A stretch of DNA of 64,000 nucleotides, from the NCBI GenBank assembly GCA_008632985.1, contig QPGO01000008.1, forward strand, positions 414,979-478,978. The letters are read 5' to 3'. The notes under the pieces were generated by a model, which saw only the letters and a program-made list of their open reading frames with translations, was not told where the DNA came from and ran no database searches. This document shows, in pieces, positions 1-11,776 of this stretch; the first letter of the stretch is position 1; every line of letters starts with the position of its first letter. The stretch comes from Psammoneis japonica (Eukaryota). Made by a program: the position numbers and the translations under genes.

Positions 1-489
1 ACAGCAGCCCAAGAAGCAATGCCACATATTACTGCCTATGTTCACAATCATGATGTTGTCCCATCCCTATCTGTATCATCGTTTCGGCAGCTATTTGCAC
101 AAGTAGCTATTTTCAACAAAGAGTTACAGCACGAAAGCTGGATAAATTACATTCGTATGCGACGAGGAAGCAAGGCAATACCCAAGCACATTGTAGATGA
201 CGTGGTCAACGTCCGAAAGAACCACCAGACATTGTTGCCAAAAGTACAAGGAGCTCCCATGCTGGCGATCCCTGCTGACGTGATTGTGTGGTTAAAAGCC
301 GACCAGCCAGAGAGTATTGCCAACGATATGGATGCGTCATTCTCAACCATTCTCTGCGACGCAATCAAGTATGCCGACTCTGGGATCCGCCTCAGCGACA
401 ACATGGTTTTTGATCACTTTCCGCCAAAGTATCAGGTTGCGCTCGAAAGTGTATGGACTCGAGAGAAGAAAACGACAACCGCAGGCTAG
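1..489 (+). CDS. 3' part of class 3 lipase (DAG lipase-like), 5' end outside window
   Basis: VHNHDVVP (catalytic Asp region) and DHFPPKY (catalytic His region) typical of the Lipase_3 C-terminal half; frame open from base 1. Confidence 0.7.
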   Translation, partial: TAAQEAMPHITAYVHNHDVVPSLSVSSFRQLFAQVAIFNKELQHESWINYIRMRRGSKAIPKHIVDDVVNVRKNHQTLLPKVQGAPMLAIPADVIVWLKADQPESIANDMDASFSTILCDAIKYADSGIRLSDNMVFDHFPPKYQVALESVWTREKKTTTAG

Positions 490-895
490 AGATCTTGTTG
501 CGAGTTTTGCTAGAGCCAACTGCTCAGAGCTCTACAGGGGTATCCTTGCTCCATCCATCTATCTCTCTAGTGAGAGGGTATAGGATTACACCGTGTAGTA
601 TTGCTTGGTAGTCGATACAGTGTTTTTACTTTGAGCAAGTGCTTTGCAACCCACGGTTGAGATTGGCGAGTGGCAGCGGTCAGGTAATATCTAGTAGAGA
701 CTTCCCGTGATGCGACATCCAAAAAGGAGGAGTGAGTCAAGTTTTTCCCTCTAGAACGAGTAATATAGTCTACTTGTTGCTACTCTACATACTTTGAGGT
801 AGCCTAAGTCTACCTCTACTAAAGGGCAAAGTTAGAGTGTAGTGCCCTAGGGCCCTACCTCTAATGTACAGTGAGACAGTGAGAGATTAGAGAGG
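488..895. repeat. TAG/CTA-rich low-complexity intergenic tract
   Basis: dense ctag/gtag/ctac/tagag words (e.g. ctctctagtgagag, tctagtagag, tacctctactaaag, ccctagggccctacc). Confidence 0.5.
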
Positions 896-967
896 GGAAA
901 AACTCTCAAAAATGTGAGGAACAAGGGGCAAAAATGCGAGAAGTTGGGTCAACGTTCAGACGTATTG

Positions 968-1001
968 TGACGTCCGCGACGATATGACGTGGGCATGACG
1001 T
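968..1001 (+). promoter_or_regulatory. cluster of three TGACGT (bZIP/aureochrome-type) motifs upstream of TPR gene
   Basis: TGACGT at 968, 985 and 996. Confidence 0.4.
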
Positions 1002-1358
1002 GGTAGTTGAGCTTAAAAATTGATGCTAAATGTCCGTTCTATATTATCCTATTCATACTTAAATGACTTTAATAAGTAATTCAAGCGTTGCGAGACCAAT
1101 CTAATCGATAGTGCATATTCTCCATGTTTTATATTAATATTTATTTATGCATATCCAAGTTTTTATGCCATCAGTCGTGAAAACCGCGGTCTCGCAGATT
1201 TGGGGTACTTACTCTAGTAGTATTGACTTGATGTACATTTCTACGTGGCAACTCCATCTGCTGCGACACGCAAACTGGGAACCAAAACAAACAAAAAACC
1301 CAAGATTCTTCACACGAAGCACTCGTTATTTCTCAATCAACTTGTCCTTGCCATCACG

Positions 1359-2978
1359 ATGAATACATCATCGTCCGTAGATGTCTTGTCCAACGCCAAC
1401 ACATCACCAGCGACCATGCCGTCAAAGCGAAAGAAATCCAGTGGAATAGTGCGACTCGTAAAGTACATGAAGCCCAAGCGCTCGAATCGAACCGCAGCGA
1501 CTCGAAGCAGCTTTTGTGACGATGACGAGAGCTTTCTGGATGATCATGTCAAACAAGACGAAATCATAATTAAAGGTCTCAAGAAGAAGCACCGAAAGAA
1601 AAAGACGTGGGCACAGTCGTCTTCGGGTTCCATCTCATCTCTGTCGTCATCGTGTCGACGTGACAGTGGTCGCAGCTGGAGTTTGCGTAAGAGTCAGAAG
1701 CAGCGAGAGGAAGAAGCGCTGCTGTCGCTGCTGGGTATGGCCGACGTGGAGTTTGATGGGGGGCACCCAGATCGAGCTTATGCCTGTTGGAGACAAGCGA
1801 GAAAGCAAAGTCGTGATGCTTCTGAGCCGGAGATTGCAATCCTGCATCAATGTTCTCTATGGAAACTAGCTCTGTTTCACGTCAGTCAGGAATGTCACGG
1901 ATCTCAAGAGGACGGAGAACAAGAAGAAGAAGATTCTTTTGATCGAACCGAAGCTCTGGAGTACCTGCAACAATTGGATTTTGAATCTTGTCCTGAGGAT
2001 TGGCTGCTTGATGTGGCCTCAGAGAAGGAAGCGTCTCTGCTATTGACGCTGCTTATGGAGGCCTCGCAGTGGCGTACGGCCCTGAAACTGGCCGAGTCCC
2101 TGAACGATGTAACACCTTATACGATTGAGTTTTGCCGCTTCCAAATCGCGAAGCAGTCGGGCAGTGTAGATAAGCTGGAGAGCTGTACATGTCAGGACCG
2201 AGACTTGCAGCGACAAGTGCTTCTAGCTCTATCCCGCGCCTATGCTCAGCGTCATGACTGGGATCTGGCCTTGGAGACCAACTCGAGGGTAGAATCCACG
2301 ACTACCCTCGAAGTTGCCGAAGCGATTTCACAAAAGGCAGAGTTCTGTATCTCGAGTGGTCGCGACGAGTTAGCGTGGGATGCTCTGGCGGAAGGTTTCG
2401 AGGCAGCAGAGAACGACTCTGAGGCTTCACTCCTTCTGCTGCAAACTAAGGCGCAGCTGCTGTTCAAGTCGGGCAACTTTGTCGAGTCTCTCAATGTCCA
2501 CCATGAGCTGCTGAATCAATGGCGTATCATTAATGGACCTGTGTGTCCTGAGGTCGCAAAAACGTACTACACAATGGGCCGCATTTGGTGTCGTGCCAAC
2601 AATGCCTACAAGGCTATCGAGTGCTTTCGACAAGAGCTTCATATCACACAGTTGGCACTCGGAAAGAACCATTCGGAAGTTGCAAGGATTCTTCATGAGA
2701 TTGCTCGTCTCTACGATGAGAATCTCGGGGACTACGAGAAGGCACTTGGCTTTTATCAAAACGCATTGCAGGTGGAGCGGTGTCTTTTGGAGGACTGCCG
2801 GACGAAAGCTAAAGCTAGTGCAAGTCACCAGCAACGTTACGGAGAGTACTTGGTGCAGATTCGAGAAACCCAAAAATGCATGGGACGTATACACTACAAG
2901 ATGGGCGACTTGAGTATGGCGGTGCAAACTTCTTTTGACGGAAGGTCGATTGCCCAGAGTGCTTCCGTGGAGAAGTAG
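1359..2978 (+). CDS. TPR-repeat protein (kinesin light chain-like TPRs) with basic/Ser-rich N-terminus
   Basis: long ORF; repeats such as HSEVARILHEIARLY...YEKALGFYQNALQV and PEVAKTYYTMGRIW; first in-frame ATG at 1359. Confidence 0.8.
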   Translation: MNTSSSVDVLSNANTSPATMPSKRKKSSGIVRLVKYMKPKRSNRTAATRSSFCDDDESFLDDHVKQDEIIIKGLKKKHRKKKTWAQSSSGSISSLSSSCRRDSGRSWSLRKSQKQREEEALLSLLGMADVEFDGGHPDRAYACWRQARKQSRDASEPEIAILHQCSLWKLALFHVSQECHGSQEDGEQEEEDSFDRTEALEYLQQLDFESCPEDWLLDVASEKEASLLLTLLMEASQWRTALKLAESLNDVTPYTIEFCRFQIAKQSGSVDKLESCTCQDRDLQRQVLLALSRAYAQRHDWDLALETNSRVESTTTLEVAEAISQKAEFCISSGRDELAWDALAEGFEAAENDSEASLLLLQTKAQLLFKSGNFVESLNVHHELLNQWRIINGPVCPEVAKTYYTMGRIWCRANNAYKAIECFRQELHITQLALGKNHSEVARILHEIARLYDENLGDYEKALGFYQNALQVERCLLEDCRTKAKASASHQQRYGEYLVQIRETQKCMGRIHYKMGDLSMAVQTSFDGRSIAQSASVEK

Positions 2979-4387
2979 GCGTCTTTACAATTAGTTGTAA
3001 TCAATAAAGTTAGCAAGCTAAAAAAGGTACGCATTCACTGAAACAATAGCTAGGATTTCGTTCCGATAGGGAAACGCTTTAGTTGCTTTGAGCGGATAGC
3101 CAGTTGTTTGCATGGAGGCCGGTGCATGATTCTCTAGCTAAATACACAAGATCGCTTCACCTAAAAGGAGAGGCTTCGCCTAAAAGGAGAGAAGTCGAGA
3201 GATTGGATCCGGATATTTTACCGTAGCCTAACGTGATTCTTTGACTTTGTTTGAAAATCTTCCTTTAGGGTTTAGTGCTCCTATGTTTCGTAATCGCTGA
3301 GATGCCAGCATTGAATCGTGCTCCGCCGGGTACACAAACGTTTCAAAGGAAATCCGATATTGCTTCGCGTTTGCAACATTGATTATCACGGCTAACGATA
3401 CGACCAAGAAAAGAGCAGTGGTTCATCATGATTGGTTACAACGCCTCAATCTTAATCAAAGACCACTGAAGGCAAGTTTAATTAGTTCCCGTAAGGCTAT
3501 ATCGAGTGATGCGCAATGCCTTCTCCCCTTCTACTGAAAGGAACAGTGCAATCTCGAGGACCAACCGAATCCTGATCAATGATCAATTCAAGCCACACGC
3601 CATCTATTATCACCTTGCAATCTTATCACAAATTTCAAGGGATGCGAACTGTTGTCGTTGTCGAGCCATTGGGCGGCCTTGAGGAGAACAACGTCGGTGC
3701 TTCTTCACAGTTCTTCCTTGAACACATCACGGAGAAAGGAGAATACCTAACAATTCGCCTAAAGGTTCAGATATTGAATAATTGGCCGATGATAATTGAT
3801 GAAGCTACCTATGATTTTTGAGTGTCTGTCGGACGAAAATAGGGGAACCGTTCAACCTTGCATCTTCCATCCAGTTCCGTGCCAGCTAATAACCAAGCAA
3901 TGCATTCATCGTAGTAGCGCTATTCATTCTCAGTTTCTGTCTTCGTTTCTTTCAATCTCGAAACGAGCTGCAGTTCTCCCTTTTCACAGAAATACGGCAA
4001 TCGCTTCATCTTCGTTTCTTCCATTGATTCTGCCTCTTTTCTGGAGTGAGTGATTCTTTTCAACGGTTGATCCGAAAGTTTCGTCAATCCAGTCCTCAAA
4101 GATGAATGAAGATATTGCTGAATTCCTGTCTGCTTCGCTCTATTTCCACGATCGTTTTTCGTATTGAAAATTTGAAATTTTAATAGGTTAATCGAGTGCT
4201 TAGGTAATTAACTATTATATATTCCTTTAAGCGTCTTATACTATATTAATTTTTCTCACAATAACTCCGTCCGAATGGTGTTTCCACGAACCACGACAGC
4301 ATACAGTACTGTCATACTGTACAGTCGAGCCCCAATACTTTAGAAAAGAATCATTTTTGCAAAGCCAAAAGAAAAATTTAATGGAAA

Positions 4388-5835
4388 ATGAGGCCAAACG
4401 AAACCATCGCGTTGACTCTAGCCCTCGCAGTCGTATTTTTCCGTTGCTCGTTCATTCATGGTGAACCGATCCAGGAGAGCGACACAACAATTATTGACAA
4501 CAAGAACAATGATGGGAGACACCTGCTTCAGTGGGAGGGTGGCAAGAAAGGGGGTAAAGGTGGCAGCCATGACAAACGAGGTCGAAGCAGAAGTAGGAAA
4601 AAGGGTGCACACCAGGTGAAGCGCGAAACGGTCCGACAATATGTTGACTTGGGGAAACACATTGCTCCCGACGACTTGGGAATCAGATTCTCCAAAGTCA
4701 CCTTTGACGGCCCGCCACCCATAAATGTCAACAGTGTCATGCCTCTTACAGCGGCAGACTTTCCACCCAATCGCCAGCTTACATGGTTTCTACGGCAATC
4801 TCGTTGTATCTCGGTGGTGGACCCGCGCGACTGCGATGAATGTGACATTCCAACCAAGGAGCTAATTCATGCGATAGGCGGTTACCCAAATCATGCATCA
4901 AGAAATTCAGCAAGTTCTTTTTGGGTTGAGTTCCGGGAAGTATTGCGTCGTCAGGTGCAACGTAGAAATGGAGCTGACCCTACAATTGTGTTACCCATTC
5001 CTAAGGTTTGGAAGAAAAGTGGGTTGTCACTTGAACAAGTTGCCGAGTATGTACATGATGAGGTGAGTTAGCTTATCATTCAAAGACTGGTACATTTTGT
5101 TATGTTGAAGTTGATGTTCTTTGTTGCGGCACTTCTGTTCCAATTTAGCTGCCGGGGACCCATCACCACGACATGTTACGTCTTTTTATCGGTCAAGGAT
5201 TCACGGTCAATAAAGACATGATACCGTCCCCGTCAAAAACCGAGTTTCTCCGTCGAGAAGTCATGCTGTCCGCAATGACCACCTGGGCAATTGAAAAAGT
5301 TGGAGCACAAAACTTTGCCATCAAATACCACGTGGGTCGCGCACGTCCCGAAGAAATCGCTTGGCTGATTGCTCAGGGAAAACTAACAACCGCTGATGGC
5401 GTTCCTTCTGATATTGTTAAGGATGTCGAGAAAATGAAGCTGAAATCGCAATTCGATTTTACTGCATATGGCGAAGGATCTCCAGCTCATCCCTCTTGGC
5501 CGGCCATGCATTCTGCTGGCAGCGCTTCAGCTTTATGGGTTCCCTTAATCTTGAACCTGAACGAAGAGCAGATTTGCCAAACCAAACTGGTGGATTGGGC
5601 TGTGTCGTATGCTCGCACTGTAGCTGGGGTTCATTATATATCAGACAACATTGCTGGGTTGAATCTTGGGCAAGAGATTTTGGCGCGCATTCTTCCTGAC
5701 TATCTGCACAAGACGTATGGTGTAGATCCAAGACTTGTAAGGCTGAGAATTCGAAGGCTTCGTTTCGACTGGAAAGACTTTCCAGACTCGGACTGTTACA
5801 AAAATAACATTGGTGTTCCCCTACCCAAGGCATAA
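4388..5835 (+). CDS. secreted vanadium-dependent haloperoxidase / PAP2-superfamily protein, join(4388..5062,5149..5835)
   Basis: signal peptide; GT-AG intron 5063-5148 joins the two ORFs in frame; motifs KYHVGRARP (KxxxxxxRP), HPSWPAMHS (PSGH position), RTVAGVHYISD (RxxxxxHxxxD). Confidence 0.8.
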
Positions 5836-6482
5836 CTACGGTACGGATTGAAAAATGGGAAAGGGGGTCGATTAGTTGGGGTATCTTCGAACGTTAGAAG
5901 TTCTACACGTACAGTAGTTCTACATTTACACTCACGATTGCCTATCACAGAGTACATCATACAGTATACACAAAGAGCTTCAAACTTATAAGAAAAGGCG
6001 AGGTTTCGAGAGCTCTTACTATCTTACTCCTGCTGCACTGGTCTGGTTGTTCGATGCTGAGAATACACTCCGCGACCTACGAACTCTAGAAGAAACAGCA
6101 ATAATATGAAGATCGGCTAGCCCGGTTTGCAATCACCAAAGAAAATGCTAGGGTTATTTCTCGTACCAAATCTATCTCATCACCGATTGAAACAAATAGA
6201 AAGCACCGATGGTAAGCGTTGCAGGCCCACTGTACGCCTTGCACTTCACGAGAATCACCGCAAGGTTTCGACTGTCGCGATGCTCCCGTACCGAATGTAG
6301 TCGTGAAGTTATGACCTTGCCCTTACTGGCTGGAGAAAGCAGCACGCTCAATGTTTGCCCGACAATTCAACACGTTTGAGTCGATAACTAAATGGTTTTA
6401 GAGTAAGACAGGAACTACAACAACTACTGTGCAGACAAGACTCGTATTGTCCTTTATTTGAAACCACGAACCACAACTAAAG

Positions 6483-7097
6483 CTAATCTTGACGTCCCTT
6501 GAGTTCTCTCGTCATCACACCATCCTTGGTAATAATATGGACAACTCCACCCCATCCTGACATGGCGTCCCGATCCACCGACGATAGCAGAGCTTGCGCA
6601 AGTGTCTCAAAGAGTTCGTCAGGTTCAAGATTGGGTTTGAAGAGTGATTCGCACATTCCAAACAAGTTTCCCGTGCATGTGCCCGACACACAAAACTCCT
6701 GACATTTCTCCGGCGCTCCAATCAGGTCCATGCTGCTCAAGAAGGGCTTTCCGTCCTCCTGCAGTCCCGCCACGATGGGCTCGCAAAAGTACGGGCCAAA
6801 CCTCTTTTCGTACAGCAGCGACGAGAGCAGATGCGAAAACACCGCCGGACTCATGGGACGCTCTTCTCGGAGTTCGTACAGATTCATGCGGAACTTGAGA
6901 ACGTTGTGGAGGGTCTGAACGTCCGTCGCCAACCCACCGAGACCCACGTGGATGGAGTCGTTCATTTTAAACACCTTTTTGAAGTCCGTAGCCACCGTTT
7001 GGCCCTGAATACCAAGGCGTCGATCCGCGGCAATGCCGACGCAGTCCTTGCCAGCCATGGCAATCATGGCGGCACCGTTGTATTCTAAAATAGACAT
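6483..7097 (-). CDS. PSMB3: 20S proteasome subunit beta type-3
   Basis: MSILEYNGAAMIAMAGKDCV...LYEKRFGPYFCEP...DRDAMSGWG...RQD, the canonical beta-3 sequence. Confidence 0.97.
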   Translation of the reverse strand: MSILEYNGAAMIAMAGKDCVGIAADRRLGIQGQTVATDFKKVFKMNDSIHVGLGGLATDVQTLHNVLKFRMNLYELREERPMSPAVFSHLLSSLLYEKRFGPYFCEPIVAGLQEDGKPFLSSMDLIGAPEKCQEFCVSGTCTGNLFGMCESLFKPNLEPDELFETLAQALLSSVDRDAMSGWGGVVHIITKDGVMTRELKGRQD

Positions 7098-7290
7098 GGT
7101 GAGAATAAGGAAGGGGTAGAGTAGCGTACTAAGGTTGTTGTTTCAACAGCGGCAGCGACACAAGGCTTGCAGTTCCTGTCAACAGCGCAGAGTCGTCGAG
7201 ATCATTGAGCAGAGTGAGATTTGCGCATCGATCTGCGCCATGCCGCGACGCATCTCTCTCGAAGCGCTTCGAACCTAACCGACTTCGCGT

Positions 7291-7410
7291 AGACTTCTGG
7301 TAGAGTTCTACGTAGAAGATTTAGTGTTGAACGCAAGAGCTCGAGCTACCATTTCCTCTCTGATGACGATACTGTAGCTAGCTCTCTCTAGCTAGCTCTA
7401 GAGAGTAGCA
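7291..7410. repeat. TAG/CTA-rich tract
   Basis: gtagctagctctctctagctagctctagagagtagc. Confidence 0.6.
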
Positions 7411-7556
7411 TTTCATTTGCATTCGCCTGTTTTAGTACATTGGCTTTTATTTGCCTTCCACTAGCATTTAGTTTTGTTCAGTCTCTAGATTGGTTTACCC
7501 TATTTCCTTGTTATGCTATTCCCACATTGTATCTTCTCTGGTAAACGGTGAAAACC

Positions 7557-9086
7557 TCATGGACAATGACCATGAGTCATTCCACAATTCACCTTTCCTA
7601 GCGGTTCTTGGGCAATCTGTTTGGCCCAGCTAGAAAGCACGGTCAGCAACTGAGGCTTTTCCGAATCGTTGGCCAAGAAGATCTTTTCCTTCAAACTTTC
7701 ATGCAACTCGGCAAGTCTTCTCTGGAATGAGGCGGGGTCATCATGACTTGTCTGCGATGCGGTATCATCACTATCACTTTCGTTTTGTGGCATTAAATCC
7801 CTCCAAATGAAATCATCAAAGTCCAGCAAATCGGGATCCACATCAAAGTCAGACGGAACCCACTCTCGTTGTCGAGGATCAATCATGACACATGACGACT
7901 CGTCATCAGCACAAGCCGAGGGAGGTAGCCACTGCGGCGCCTTCTTGCCAAAGCTTGAAGCATGACTGGGCGGGGTCACTTGCTGCCGACTCCTGCTGCC
8001 GTAACCAACAACATCGTCACCAAACAAGCTTGCATCTTCGTTTCCTGGCCAAGCCCCAGCCGACTGAGAATGCCGAGCTTGATGGTGGAAAGGTGATAGT
8101 AGTGGTGGAGTTGCTGCGCTGTAGTCACACACAGGATTCATCTGGTCAAAGACACCGCGGATAGGCGTGACAAAGGAGGACTTTGTATTGCAAATGGTGG
8201 TCTCGTGAGGAGGCGAGAATATGGGTGACGACGGATGGGACGCAACATAATTGTGATCAAAAGACGTCGAGGACAAGTCGAACGACATGCATTTCGCAGG
8301 AGCCAGCAATGGTGGAGCATGTGCAACTGTAGGCTCCTTGATCGCCTTGGAGGTGTTGGGTTGCTTTCGAGCCCTCTTGGGAGGTGGTGAGCCAATTGGT
8401 TCTTCCGTGGGCTCACGGACCTTGAGGCCTTTGTTCGCTGCTCGTTTCGCAGAGTAATAGACATACAAGAGACGAAACTCCTTGTCTTCCTGACCATCAA
8501 TATACTAAAAGCAAAGAAAGTAACGAACGTGAATTTAGCGCTTATTAAAGCTCCGTGGTCAGGTCCAACAAAAGATAAGAACGGGAACCACGTACCATAG
8601 TGTACATTGTAGCTCCTTTACGAAGGCAATATTCATCATCCCCCTCAGCATAGCAGTATCGTTGTTGAATGGCGGATCCTTTTTCATTCTGGGGACCACT
8701 TAAACGCCAGCCCGAGGCCTTGAAGGACGGAGGAGGCTGGGACATGAGACAATGCATGAGGTTTGGTGGCACTCGGGGTGGATGTTGATGGTGCAGGATC
8801 CTCTTCTTTTTCGTTTTCTTTTCTGGGCGCAACAAGACGTATAATCCATCTGCGAGAACAACAACAAAATGGTTAGTTCCCGCTGCGATTCGTTGGAAAC
8901 AATTTGATCGCAAATTCGCGGCAAATTCTTACCCTCAAACGCAAAGGGCGGAGGCGACAAAGGCTGGCCCTCAGACCCCACAGGAACAATCTGAAACGAT
9001 ATATCGCCCGGGGGGGGACGGTTGAAGATAAGACTTTCAAAGATGGATCTCACGTCCGCGTCGGGTAGTTTACGGTTGGTCGCCAT
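7557..9086 (-). CDS. putative transcription factor, complement(join(7557..8504,8596..8849,8933..9086)), 451 aa
   Basis: two GT-AG introns link three ORF pieces in frame; folded N-terminal domain with basic patch KKTKKKR, NLS-like PPPKRARK, long Pro/Ser-rich then acidic tail. Confidence 0.7.
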
Positions 9087-9676
9087 GGTTTGTAGTAACT
9101 GCTGATCAAGTCGAAGGGAGAAGTAATAGGTATTTGTGAGCCAGTCTCTCAATCTTTGCCGTCTTACTCCTATGGTGGTGAGTGATAAGCTTGCACTGTT
9201 CTCGTGACAAAATCTGATGCATATGGATCACACTTGTGTGTCTGAATTCGTCATTGTTTCGGGAAGGTATTATGGCGGGACAAGCAAAATCCGACAGATG
9301 GGAACGGACAGAGGGCTTGACACTCACGACTGACTTCATCATTGTGACGCGTTGCTTTACCGTATGTAGGGTAGGTCCACAAAGGAGTTGCTGGAGGGTA
9401 CATGATCGTGGGAGCATGAGAGGAGCGGGATGATGATTCTTCAACATGGTCATGATCACGACGATACCTGTATATCGATCGGCTTGCGGCTTCTTGTTGT
9501 GTTGGTCTTTGGTCTGTTGGGTGCGCTACAGTCAGAAAATTCTGTATTACTAAATACTTATTACAAATGAAGGAAATTGCTTATTAAATGTGATTAGTTT
9601 CTAGGTTCAAACAGAGAATTTGTTGAAGTTCGCTTTCGTCTGTACCGGTACGACTATTCAACCCACCAATCCCAAA

Positions 9677-9980
9677 CTCTGCAGAGAGTACCGGTAGGCC
9701 TAGCTAGAGTAGAGAGTAGCTCTGCTACTACTACTCTCTACTCTCTCTAGAGCTAGCTACTAGCTAGAGAGAGAGTAGCGACTGACTTTGTATTTTACGG
9801 CGCATGTCAAATAATGTCAACCTCCAACGTAAAGTTGAGCTTGAGCCCTTCTTAAACCAGGCTCCTCCAGCTCTAACTTTGATCTCTCTAGCTACAGAAA
9901 GAGACAGTGAAATATGATACTCTGGTAGAGTTGAATGGTAGTTAGAATCCTACACCGTTCTACTAGATAACAGTAGTAGT
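9677..9980. repeat. TAG/CTA-rich tract
   Basis: tagctagagtagagagtagctctgctactactactctctactctctctagagctagctactagctagagagagagtagc. Confidence 0.7.
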
Positions 9981-10165
9981 GGCAATTTTGATCATCTTAT
10001 CCATTGGATCCTTAGGCCCTCTTCTTCATCAACTGAAATGCCTTGCAGTTGTTGCCCAGCATTCTGGGCGACATCAAAACGGTGACTCCATATCAATGAT
10101 AGAGATGCATTCCTGTCAGCTGGAAGGCAAGGGGGCAGCCCTATATTGTCGCGCACTCAATTAAT

Positions 10166-11776
10166 CTACCCCTCTGTTTTTGCCTCAGTTTTGCTGGATC
10201 CATTAGGATCTTCATCTTTCAGCCACAATTCAGCTGCAGCCTCTACCTGCGGTTTCAACCACGTTGTAGCTCTAGGCATGGCTCGCGTCGCAGCATAATC
10301 AACAATGAATGACGGTAGCACTCGCGACACGGAGAGCTCGCAAAGGAGCCATACACGTGTATATCCCTTTACAGACCAAAGCGATAGAAATTAAAGCATT
10401 GGCAGTTGTAAGTGTATTTGTTGCAAACACACAAAAATTGATTGAAGTTTGAAGTGTTCAGACACACTTACCTCTCGGCCATCGGGATCAGCCTGCGTGT
10501 GCCACACACCCTTTGCGCTTTTAAGAACCAAATTGGTGCTCTGTGGGTCTAGAGTAAAAACCATGTAGTCTCCGAGTGGATGTGGTCTGTACTTGTGAAT
10601 AGCGGCAATGTTTAGACGGAACTTGGAAAGGGTAAAGGCGGCTCGAGTAACGCTAGGCTTTCCGTAATGACGTGTCGCCTTTCCTGTGCCAAGGTCCACA
10701 GGCGTCTCGGATCTATAACCCGACGTAAGATGAGTGCTGGTAAACAGTCGGATATCGCGTACAGTCGGGATGGTTTCTGGGTAAGACTCAAAATCCAGTA
10801 GGCACTCCCAAACCACATACGGAGGTGCTTTGACGTCCACCACAACGTATCCAGATCCCTCCCGTGCCATTTTCGATTGATATTGCACTCTTTCTCCGTT
10901 TCTTAATTGCACCTCTTGCTCTTTCGACAGAGTTGGCAAAGTGAAAGGATGAGGTTCTGGAGGCACGGCGGCCGCTGACACATCCGATTTCAGTGCATCC
11001 ACCACAGAGGCTGACTGCGGCGACGCTGTGCTTCCGGAGCTTGCCGAAGCGACAATAAAGTCATCTTCTGGGTTTCGTTGCAGAGGTTTGACTTCGAGAG
11101 ACGGGGTAGAGGCAGGTTTGGATTTGGGAACTGAGTATGCATTCGAGATTTTCTTCGCTTTTTTCCCATTCAACATATCAATGGCAACATCAACGGTTCC
11201 TTCCTCCGTCATGACAGCTCCTAATCCTCCAATAGAAGCTGCATCCGCTACGATATCTAGCCCTGTCTGCTCTGTTCTCAAGGATTCTTCCGAGTAATTT
11301 TGCACCCCAGTGCGATTTTTTGCCTTTTCCAGCACAGATCTAACACGCCGCCTAACTCCCAGAGGCGAACCGGCACGAGTCTTTTCGTGATTTTCTGACG
11401 GAGCGGCCTTTAGTTCGCGGCTACGTCTCAGTGAGGAAAACACGGATCGCACTCTTCGTCTGAATCCCAGGGGCGATTCGCTTCGGTTGCTCGCACGAGC
11501 CCATCTCCTCTCATTCTCATTCTCGCTATTCTTCAAAGATGATGCATACAAGACACAATCCTGATCAAAAAAACTGCGTGAGGCTCTATCTGAATCAATT
11601 CCTCGAGTGACGTGTCGAATGGGAAGCGAGGCTGAACTCGGTGCTGTGGATGAGAAGCCGACCACGAAAGATGCACTGCTGAGAAGCAAAGCGGAGACAA
11701 TCACAAGATTCTTCGGGGAACGTCTACGTGCACTAGATGTTCGACGGCAATTCACTTCATCCCGTGGTATTCTCAT
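10166..11776 (-). CDS. START/polyketide cyclase (SRPBCC) domain protein, probably plastid-targeted, complement(join(10166..10366,10472..11776))
   Basis: signal peptide ending VVG-F plus Ser-rich transit; VDVKAPPYVVWECLLDFESYPETIP; exon 2 GYTRVWLLCELSVSRVLPSFIVDYAATRAMPRATTWLK joined by GTAAGT...AAG intron. Confidence 0.8.

Noticed and set aside
3154..3191. 19-bp tandem duplication gcttcRcctaaaaggagag with Shine-Dalgarno-like aggag
   Set aside because: Two copies only, in eukaryotic intergenic DNA with no downstream ORF; trivial slippage.
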